The translations under genes were made by a program, and so were the position numbers. DNA of 64,000 nucleotides from positions 1 through 64,000 of IMG/VR virus record IMGVR_UViG_3300030061_001386. One strand, written 5' to 3'. This DNA is from a virus. Lineage: Duplodnaviria > Caudoviricetes. Below, in pieces: positions 56,728 to 64,000 of this stretch; within the stretch, counting starts at the first letter, position 1; the number at the start of each line of letters is the position of its first letter. The notes beneath the pieces are model-generated. The model searched no databases. It worked only from the letters and a program-made list of their open reading frames with translations, and was not told where the DNA came from.

Positions 56728-57215
56728 GTGATGAAAGATTAACTATGGAAAACAGCAGACAAACAACTCTTAAGGAGTTTGGATTTGTATTCTTAATTCT
56801 TACAACTTTGTTAGCAGGATGTACAATCCCTACACCTGATGAAGTGTTTGATGAAGAAGCAGAAGCACCCAAAGAATGGACAACCATTAATGGTACGTTC
56901 ACATTTTTAATTAACGACAGTAATAACTCAACACAGCAAACTGTTTGGTTGGATGTTAATACTACTTATGGGTTGATTGAGTTAGATTATTTTCATTATA
57001 ATGTAACCCATCTTAGTTTTGATATTGTGAATAACTCTGTTATATTTAACAACTATTCATTTAACATTGAAGGTCATTTACTACAAGATAGTCTACTATG
57101 GAATACAGGATACGCACCACAATTTGGGAATGCAACACTTATGTTTGCTACTTTCCCATTCGATGTAACAGTTGAATATGAAGTAAAATATCGTGTATGG
57201 AATGGTAGAGAATGA
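56724..57215 (+). CDS. Putative lipoprotein / surface protein
   Basis: Hydrophobic stretch ending in an LLAGC lipobox; many N-x-S/T sequons. Confidence 0.6.
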   Translation: MSDERLTMENSRQTTLKEFGFVFLILTTLLAGCTIPTPDEVFDEEAEAPKEWTTINGTFTFLINDSNNSTQQTVWLDVNTTYGLIELDYFHYNVTHLSFDIVNNSVIFNNYSFNIEGHLLQDSLLWNTGYAPQFGNATLMFATFPFDVTVEYEVKYRVWNGRE

Positions 57216-57613
57216 AAAAGAAAGCAGTAACTGTTCAGTTCCCTGCTCCGCTTCCTGCGGAGATAGAGTGTCCTATTTGTTTAGGCAACAAATGTATTGT
57301 TTGTGAAATGAGTGGTAAAATAAAACTAGTAGTTGATGCTAAAGTCCCAATACAAAAGGCATTGATAATAAAGTATGTTGCTAACAACATTAACTCAATA
57401 AGTTCAGAACTATCTAAGAACTATGGTTTAGTTCCTGAGATAGAAACTATGGAAGTTTTTGAACATCCTGAGAATAGAACATATGAGATAATTAAGATTA
57501 GTAGTTTAGGGGGCGTGGTGTATATCGCCACAAGAGTAGATGACGTTGAAGGAATTAGAACGTTCACCTCTCTAAAAGATTTGAATAGATTTAAGGAAGG
57601 TTGGTACGAATGA
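57212..57613 (+). CDS. Zn-ribbon hypothetical protein
   Basis: CPIC.G..CIVC...G. Confidence 0.55.
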   Translation: MKKKAVTVQFPAPLPAEIECPICLGNKCIVCEMSGKIKLVVDAKVPIQKALIIKYVANNINSISSELSKNYGLVPEIETMEVFEHPENRTYEIIKISSLGGVVYIATRVDDVEGIRTFTSLKDLNRFKEGWYE

Positions 57614-57840
57614 GTAAAGAATTAGAAACGGTATTAAGAATACCAAGAAATGCGACAATGGAAATGATAGTAAAGAAAGGACAATACTACAAAATAGATG
57701 TAGTAGATGTTAGGTGGTACACTAATGGTAAACCGTCTAGAAAAGGAATCCGAATGAACATGGATGAACTAGATGTTTTACTGAAAGGTTTGACTAAGAT
57801 TAATGATAATTATAAGGTGAACTCCGATGAGTCTAATTAG
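57610..57840 (+). CDS. PC4-like ssDNA-binding protein
   Basis: Y...VVDVRWY...PSRKGIRM..DEL pattern of the PC4/YdbC family. Confidence 0.7.
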   Translation: MSKELETVLRIPRNATMEMIVKKGQYYKIDVVDVRWYTNGKPSRKGIRMNMDELDVLLKGLTKINDNYKVNSDESN

Positions 57841-59377
57841 ATTTGCAAGAATGTGCGAAGCAATAGAACAACAGAATAGAACAACAGACAAGATTAGAAT
57901 ACTAGATGAGTCACTTAGTTCATTTAGTAACCCTAATGTTGTATTAGATATTCTATCACTGAATCTTGAGACTAATAACATTGGTAACAAGAGAGCAGTT
58001 ACATGGATTGCTAACTCATTACAGATGTTTGAAGACGAGGTTAAATCACAAGCAGGTATGTGGAGTGATTTAGGTGAAGGAATATACAAGTTTCTAGATG
58101 GTGAGTGGAACAAAGATTCTAACTATACAATTAGAAATATGTATTCGCTCCTAACATTAGATTGTTCTTCTATCAATAGTAATTCATACACTATGATTAA
58201 TGAAGCATTGAATGAAATGTCAGCATTAGAAGTTAAGTGGTTTATTCGCTATTGGCTTAGACACCCTAGAAACGGTATCGGAGAAAAGGCTCTCGCTTCT
58301 CTATTGAAGCGTAGGTTCAACACTCAATTTCGTGAAGAATATCTCAAACTACATTCACCTTCTGAAGTGTTTAGGTATCTATCTAGTGGTAATACACCAC
58401 CAACACATTCAGGAGTTGGTAAGTATATTCAGTGTTCACTAGCGAAGAAGTTTAAGACCCCGTATGTAACACCTGATAATTATCTAATTGATTACAAGTA
58501 TGATGGTAATAGGTATCAGATTCATCGAGACAGGGATAACGTAATTATATTCAACAGGAAAGGTAAGGTAGTCACTAGACAATATCCTGACATAGTTGAG
58601 TTGGCTAAAACGTTTAATGCTAGTACCTTTATTTTAGATACTGAGATTTACCCCGTAGAAAGAGTAGGTAGTACAGCACCTGCTGACCATAAGAAACTAG
58701 CAACAAGAGTTCATTCTAAAGACATTGAAACTGCGGTGGAAACATGTCCTGTACACTTAGTTATCTTTGACATATTATATTACATGGGTCATAGTTTGAT
58801 AGAACAAAAATACAAAGAACGTTTAATTCATATGCCTGACTTTCCTTCTATTAATAGAGCAATATCCTTTACAGATAAAGACATTGAAAGAGCCTATAAC
58901 ATGGCTATCAACGAAGGTTTTGAAGGTATTATGATAAAAGATTTAGACGCTACTTATCAGGCAGGAAGAAGAACTAGTGCTATGGTAAAACACAAACCAC
59001 CTAGAATTGATTTAGATGTAGTGATTACTTCTGCTAAGTATGGTGATGGTAAAAGAAGTAATGTCTTTGGTACGTTTGGTATTTCAGTTAAAGATGACTC
59101 TTCTCCTACTGGTTATCTATCAGTGGGTTCAGTAGGAACAGGATTGTCTGATGGTGATTTAATGTTCTTAACAACTGAACTAAAGAAGATTATTGAGAAG
59201 TTCAATGCTGAAGTTTTCCATGTACTACCTAGAGTTGTATTAGAAGTTACTTGTGACTTAATATCAAGGGATGCAGAAGGTAATTATGGACTGCGTTTTC
59301 CTAGAGTTCTAAGGATTAGAAACGATAAGTTCGCTAAGGAATGTAACTCTATTTTAGACTTGCAGATGATGGCTTAG
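57827..59377 (+). CDS. lig: ATP-dependent DNA ligase (replicative type)
   Basis: N-terminal DNA-binding domain; KYDGNR, LDTE, IFDIL, EGIMIK, OB domain with LRFPR. Confidence 0.92.
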   Translation: MSLIRFARMCEAIEQQNRTTDKIRILDESLSSFSNPNVVLDILSLNLETNNIGNKRAVTWIANSLQMFEDEVKSQAGMWSDLGEGIYKFLDGEWNKDSNYTIRNMYSLLTLDCSSINSNSYTMINEALNEMSALEVKWFIRYWLRHPRNGIGEKALASLLKRRFNTQFREEYLKLHSPSEVFRYLSSGNTPPTHSGVGKYIQCSLAKKFKTPYVTPDNYLIDYKYDGNRYQIHRDRDNVIIFNRKGKVVTRQYPDIVELAKTFNASTFILDTEIYPVERVGSTAPADHKKLATRVHSKDIETAVETCPVHLVIFDILYYMGHSLIEQKYKERLIHMPDFPSINRAISFTDKDIERAYNMAINEGFEGIMIKDLDATYQAGRRTSAMVKHKPPRIDLDVVITSAKYGDGKRSNVFGTFGISVKDDSSPTGYLSVGSVGTGLSDGDLMFLTTELKKIIEKFNAEVFHVLPRVVLEVTCDLISRDAEGNYGLRFPRVLRIRNDKFAKECNSILDLQMMA

Positions 59378-59414
59378 GGTAAATGGTTATGTACCTATTC
59401 GCATAGGGCTAATC

Positions 59415-59870
59415 GTGTGGAATACAGCGTCAGTTGTTGGATTGAACAAAGATGTTATTTCAGGTGTATGTGCAATATTAGCAAAGCCTGTGGTTGTTAT
59501 CAATAGAGATAGTAATCATGATTTGGGGTATAAGGTTAAACTCTCAATTGTAATGAGAGGAGATATGCACTTACTAACTAAAGTACAACGGGTATTTATG
59601 CAGAATGGTATCTACTGTAATATCAAAGAAGTAGAGTCTAAAGTAAGACCTAGACCAATATTGAGGATAGGAAGATTGGAACATATTAGAAACTTTCAAT
59701 CAACCTATCTTCAAAATGCTTTAGATGAAGATAATGCTCTTTACATTGGGGATGAAGGTAGTAGAGATGTATGGCTAAAGTTTCTATTGATACTTGCTAA
59801 TGTTGAAGGAAAGAAACATCTTACATCAGAAGGTCTTGATGAGATATTGAAACTCAAAGGGGTACTCTGA
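59415..59870 (+). CDS. Degenerate LAGLIDADG homing-endonuclease-like protein
   Basis: Beta-saddle-like core and C-terminal HLTSEGLDEILKLK typical of LAGLIDADG proteins; acidic LAGLIDADG helix not evident. Confidence 0.5.
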   Translation: MWNTASVVGLNKDVISGVCAILAKPVVVINRDSNHDLGYKVKLSIVMRGDMHLLTKVQRVFMQNGIYCNIKEVESKVRPRPILRIGRLEHIRNFQSTYLQNALDEDNALYIGDEGSRDVWLKFLLILANVEGKKHLTSEGLDEILKLKGVL

Positions 59871-60208
59871 TGTTATGCTCTAGATGTAATCATAGAGAAT
59901 CTGAACATAACAGAGATGTATGTTCCGTTTGTTCTATTAATTTAGTAGGTCAAAAAATAGAATCCTTTGGTGTTGGTGAAACAAAAGAAGATATGTCTGA
60001 TTTTGAGATAGTAAGACACCACACTGTTAGGATGTTAATGGATGGATGTAGAGAATGCGGAAACAAAGACTTCGGTTTTGAGGTCGGAGTTAAAGAAGAA
60101 AGCGAATTAAAATGGTATGTAGCGCACATACACTGTGGAAATTGCCACACACAATATAAAGAAATAATGGAAGTGAGAATAAATGAGTCTGATAAAGACA
60201 GCAAATGA
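59870..60208 (+). CDS. Multi-CxxC Zn-binding protein
   Basis: Four CxxC pairs. Confidence 0.6.
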   Translation: MLCSRCNHRESEHNRDVCSVCSINLVGQKIESFGVGETKEDMSDFEIVRHHTVRMLMDGCRECGNKDFGFEVGVKEESELKWYVAHIHCGNCHTQYKEIMEVRINESDKDSK

Positions 60209-61034
60209 ACATATGAATAACAAACCAATGATAATAGTAGGTAACACTAAACTAGACAAGATGGACAAAGCGTTGTCTTTCGTGTCTAACAATCCTATTG
60301 TGATGTATGCTAACGAATATACTATTGATGATAATTATAGCATCCCTAGTGATAGAGGTATTATTATTGACGAAGTACACTACAAACCTAATACTGCCTT
60401 AATCAAAAAGACGATGTTAGAGTATAGAGGACAAGTTATATTAGTTTCTGATAATCAAAAATCAGTACCTAAAGAATTGTTTTCATTATGTAAATTGAAG
60501 AGAGCAGGTAAGAAAATAGAACATGAAGTAGAATCACCTAGAGCAGATGATGCTAAAGAGTATGATATTGACATGTATCCTATGATAAGAGAGTATTTGA
60601 AAAACCCTAATCGAGATGAGATAGCATCAATGTTGAAGTTATCTAAACCTAGTGATATTCATTTCTTATCGTGGTTAGTTCCTAACCTACATCCTAACAA
60701 GTTGTCATTTGTAGATTTCTCAGTTAAGAGGCGTTGGCCTAGTTCATATTTTTATGAAATGCTTGCATATACACATGATGGCAGATTAAACCGTAAGATG
60801 CAAATGCCTAAACGTGGTAGTTATTCTAAACTACCCAATTTAGCATCAAGGTTAGGATTAAAACGTCATGAGTGTTATCTACTCACTGACTTACTTAAGG
60901 ATGATAAGTTTGCAGAATATGCTAAAACTAAACTAAACAATGGCGAATGTAGACTATTGGGTTTAGGAGAAAAGAAAAGAAGAAAGAAAACAGATAGAAT
61001 AGTACCACAACAAGGATTGGGAGAGTGGTTTTAA
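60183..61034 (+). CDS. Degenerate AAA+ protein, possible clamp-loader large subunit
   Basis: Eroded Walker A (IIVGNTKLDK), IIIDE; ends QQGLGEWF, a PIP-box-like peptide; near rfcS. Confidence 0.5.
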   Translation: MSLIKTANEHMNNKPMIIVGNTKLDKMDKALSFVSNNPIVMYANEYTIDDNYSIPSDRGIIIDEVHYKPNTALIKKTMLEYRGQVILVSDNQKSVPKELFSLCKLKRAGKKIEHEVESPRADDAKEYDIDMYPMIREYLKNPNRDEIASMLKLSKPSDIHFLSWLVPNLHPNKLSFVDFSVKRRWPSSYFYEMLAYTHDGRLNRKMQMPKRGSYSKLPNLASRLGLKRHECYLLTDLLKDDKFAEYAKTKLNNGECRLLGLGEKKRRKKTDRIVPQQGLGEWF

Positions 61035-61141
61035 TGGATAAGATATGCTTATCCTGTTTACACGTTTTACCTCACGTTAGAACAAGAAGAGGTAACTTAG
61101 TCTGCAAAAGATGTGGACACCGTACAAAGGAGTAAAAATAA

Positions 61142-61936
61142 ATGTATAATAATAAGAAAAATAGAAATGTAAAAAATAAGAAAAGTAAAAAACTTTACAC
61201 TAATAGAATGTGGCTTGAAGAACAGTATGTATTAAAAGATAAGTCTGCTAAAGAAATAAGTGATATGTTTAATGTTCCTGTTGGGACTATAATCAAATAT
61301 ATTGAAATGTTTAATTTAGAACTTGAACATAATAGAGAAGAACAACAAGTTAAGGAATACTTCGAAACTGTAAGCAAACCTAAGAAGGTTGAGAAGAAAA
61401 AAGTTTGGGGGTCAAAGCCTAAGAAAAAACCTAAAACACAGAAATACAAATCTAAGACTGTTCTTAAGAGATTGTTCTATGATGAAAATATGCCTATTTA
61501 TCAGATGGCAAAACAATTCGGTGTATCTGAAGCAGTAGTAAGATATTGGTTAAAAAAATATGGATTAACAAAATCAGGTAAAGCCGCATATAGAACACGA
61601 AAAGAGGATAGGTTTCTGTTAGCACAACAACAAACTATTGCCCCTAGAACTGTTCAAGTAAACCCCTATTCTAAACCTACACCTAGTAATATTACAAAGA
61701 ATAGAAAGGCATATAGTACTATTAGAAACTATGAAACAGGGTTGTATGATGTTGTTGGTGTTATAGAACATGAACATGGCTATCATCATCTTGAACATGG
61801 TATGTTCTTAGAGTTAACAAAAGAAGTTGCTTCTGAATTAGCAGTTAATATGAATAGAACAATGGGTCTTAAGGACTCTGAAGCAAATATGATTATTCTA
61901 TCTTCATTAGGTTGGGATAAAAAGGTGAGACAATGA
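61142..61936 (+). CDS. Tandem HTH DNA-binding protein
   Basis: Two WL..QY...EI...F.V...TI / MA..FGVS...VRYWLKKYG HTH repeats. Confidence 0.65.
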   Translation: MYNNKKNRNVKNKKSKKLYTNRMWLEEQYVLKDKSAKEISDMFNVPVGTIIKYIEMFNLELEHNREEQQVKEYFETVSKPKKVEKKKVWGSKPKKKPKTQKYKSKTVLKRLFYDENMPIYQMAKQFGVSEAVVRYWLKKYGLTKSGKAAYRTRKEDRFLLAQQQTIAPRTVQVNPYSKPTPSNITKNRKAYSTIRNYETGLYDVVGVIEHEHGYHHLEHGMFLELTKEVASELAVNMNRTMGLKDSEANMIILSSLGWDKKVRQ

Positions 61937-62850
61937 GCGAATTATGGACAGAGAAATATAGACCAAATAGATTGAGTGAGATAGTAGGACAACTAAGTTT
62001 TGTATTAGATGCAGAACATTGGGTTACATCAGGTAATATGCCTAATGTATTGTTTTACGGTGTAGCAGGTACAGGTAAAACTGCGGCTTCTGTTGCGTTA
62101 GTCAATGAATTACTAGGTGATAATAAACAAGGTAACTTCTTTGAGATTAATGCGTCTGATGATAGGAAACTAGAAACTGTCAGAACCAAGATTAAGGAAA
62201 TTGCATCTACCAAAGTTATCGGTGATGCTCCTTTCAAGATTATACTTCTTGATGAGATGGATGGTATGACTAAAGATGCTCAGAATGCATTGAAGAGAGT
62301 CATGGAAAGGTATGCTGATAATTGTAGGTTCATTATTACATGTAATGAGAGACACAAGATTATTCATCCTCTACAATCTAGATGTGCCAACTACCAATTT
62401 AAGAGAGTCAACCCCACAAGTATGTTAGATATTTTCACAAAAATCTTGGCTGAAGAAGGTGTGAATCAGTATTCTGACGAAGAGTTGCAAAGGTTTATTA
62501 CCTATTTGCAGGGTGATTTGAGACGAGGGATTAACGAATTACAGGCATCCTCATCGAGTAATCGAAGCCTACAAAACCAAATAGACAGAAGTTTAGAACC
62601 GTACTCTGAAATAATGAAAATGATAAATGAAAATGACTATAATAATGCTTTAGAGAAGGTGCATAAATTGATTTACGATTCTACTGATATGAAGACTATA
62701 TGCATTAATTTGCACGATATTATATTAAAGATGGATTCTTCGCACCAATCCAAGTTCAAGATGCTCCGTGTAGTAGGAGAGGCTGAGTGGAGAAGTAGTA
62801 ATATGACTCCAAAAGTATTAGCATCTTGGATGATAGGACAGATGGTGTAA
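61933..62850 (+). CDS. rfcS: Replication factor C small subunit (clamp loader)
   Basis: LWTEKYRP, GVAGTGKT, EINASD, ILLDEMD, AQNALKR, LQSRC. Confidence 0.93.
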   Translation: MSELWTEKYRPNRLSEIVGQLSFVLDAEHWVTSGNMPNVLFYGVAGTGKTAASVALVNELLGDNKQGNFFEINASDDRKLETVRTKIKEIASTKVIGDAPFKIILLDEMDGMTKDAQNALKRVMERYADNCRFIITCNERHKIIHPLQSRCANYQFKRVNPTSMLDIFTKILAEEGVNQYSDEELQRFITYLQGDLRRGINELQASSSSNRSLQNQIDRSLEPYSEIMKMINENDYNNALEKVHKLIYDSTDMKTICINLHDIILKMDSSHQSKFKMLRVVGEAEWRSSNMTPKVLASWMIGQMV

Positions 62851-62926
62851 TGGAAGGAGTAGCAGTTTTACTTGGGTTTATTGTATTGAGATTTTTAATG
62901 AGAATGGATAAACGAGGTAGGAGGAG

Positions 62927-63196
62927 ATGGTAATGAGTAAATTAGATATTAATGAAGACGGCGTAGTGGATATTGAAGATGTTAAACATCTACTACTACG
63001 CTATGAGATAATAGCGTTAGGCGGTGCGTTGCTGATAGTACTGCCTGTACTAAACACGCTAAATTATATCAGCGTAGATTCTAATTTCTTTTGGATATTG
63101 TGTGGCGTAGTCATGCTGACAGAAGGATTAGTGGAAATAAGACACGAAAGAAAAAGAATGAAAACCCCAAAAGGAGGAAAAATAAATGAAAAATGA
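62927..63196 (+). CDS. Small 2-TM membrane protein with a dockerin/EF-hand-like N-terminus
   Basis: LDINEDGVVDIEDV then two hydrophobic spans. Confidence 0.55.
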   Translation: MVMSKLDINEDGVVDIEDVKHLLLRYEIIALGGALLIVLPVLNTLNYISVDSNFFWILCGVVMLTEGLVEIRHERKRMKTPKGGKINEK

Positions 63197-64000
63197 AAAT
63201 GAAATAAAGGAAATGATAGCGAAAACAGCGTCTGCAATCGGTCTAACCGAAGCAGAAGCACTAGCGAAGTTCGATGACATATGTCAGAAGAACAACGTTA
63301 GTGTCCAAGATGAAGGCATGTTATGTCTCAACTTGTGGAAAGAGTTCTACAACAGTGCGTTAAGAGCGCAAAAGAACAGTATGAACACCAATGCAACAAC
63401 AAGTGGTGGCGGATTTTACAAGCAAGCATTTGGTTTCTTTGCATCACTAGATGAAGCAAGAGATATGTTAGCAAGAAAGAATGAAGCAGTTATTACTGAT
63501 TATAGAAGAGATAAAGATACGTCTTTCTCTACTGGTCAAGTAGCAGTGTTCACTGAAGTTGATGGTAAGTACGAAGGTAGAATGATGAGAGATGGTGAAG
63601 AGTTAGTTAAGACTATGGATAAACTACCTGCTAACCATACTGACATGGATGACGGTACATACGTTACTCCTCTTGACACAAACGATGCTGATTGGAATAA
63701 AGCAAGATATGGTAAACCACTTGCTGTTTCAGAATGGAGACGCTCAGGTGTTTTTATCGGAGAAGTTGATGGTAAGTTCGGTAAGTTCTTCTTTAACTAC
63801 AAAGGAGAGTCTACAAAAGACTTCACCCCTAAGACCTTTGAGTTTGTACACTTTGATTGTATCTTAAACTCGAATGATGGTACTAAGATACATGGTGGAA
63901 AAGCAAGAACTCTAGAGTCTCTTGTTGTAAACAGTTCTCTTGCTGATGATGACCCTCGTAAAGAGAATACATCTGACATAAACATGCAAGACGCTTTAAT
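63186..64000 (+). CDS. Large protein truncated by the window edge (possibly replication-associated)
   Basis: Not in the track. ATG at 63186 (MKNENEIKEMIAKTASAIG...) after GGAGG; frame appears open to the end. Confidence 0.55.
   Translation, partial: MKNENEIKEMIAKTASAIGLTEAEALAKFDDICQKNNVSVQDEGMLCLNLWKEFYNSALRAQKNSMNTNATTSGGGFYKQAFGFFASLDEARDMLARKNEAVITDYRRDKDTSFSTGQVAVFTEVDGKYEGRMMRDGEELVKTMDKLPANHTDMDDGTYVTPLDTNDADWNKARYGKPLAVSEWRRSGVFIGEVDGKFGKFFFNYKGESTKDFTPKTFEFVHFDCILNSNDGTKIHGGKARTLESLVVNSSLADDDPRKENTSDINMQDAL

Noticed and set aside
1-64000. Integrase, transposase, reverse transcriptase/DGR or alternative genetic code
   Set aside because: No such motifs seen; long genes read intact in the standard code.

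Overview
This window is a 64-kb slice of a low-GC, tailed dsDNA archaeal virus (Caudoviricetes, siphovirus-type tail). It is most consistent with a Marine Group II (Poseidoniales) 'magrovirus', inferred from the archaeal-type TFB, RFC clamp loader and ATP-dependent ligases plus an HK97-fold head module; this assignment was not database-verified. From 1 to 38.5 kb (minus strand) lies the morphogenesis arm: tail, tape measure, a frameshifting tail chaperone, tail tube, adaptors, a membrane-protein/Arf-like GTPase cluster, major capsid protein, prohead protease, a large DNA ligase, portal, terminase, and about 20 accessory proteins sharing a W-x-x-[ILV]-[LIV]-K peptide. From 38.5 to 43.2 kb is an array of small genes punctuated by eight copies of a tripartite palindrome, most beside a TATA box. 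From 42.7 to 44.7 kb is a non-coding strand-switch region with iteron-like repeats, an AT-rich core and two highly structured putative ncRNAs. From 44.7 to 64 kb (plus strand) is the replication and host-takeover arm: pyrimidine-dimer glycosylase, class II RNR, TFB, PC4-like protein, a second ligase and RFC. This arm also carries a candidate virus-encoded ubiquitin-like conjugation set (Ubl ending GG-Y, E2-like, E1/ThiF, JAB), with the TFB gene lying between the E2-like and E1 genes. All calls come from motif reading by eye; no searches were run.
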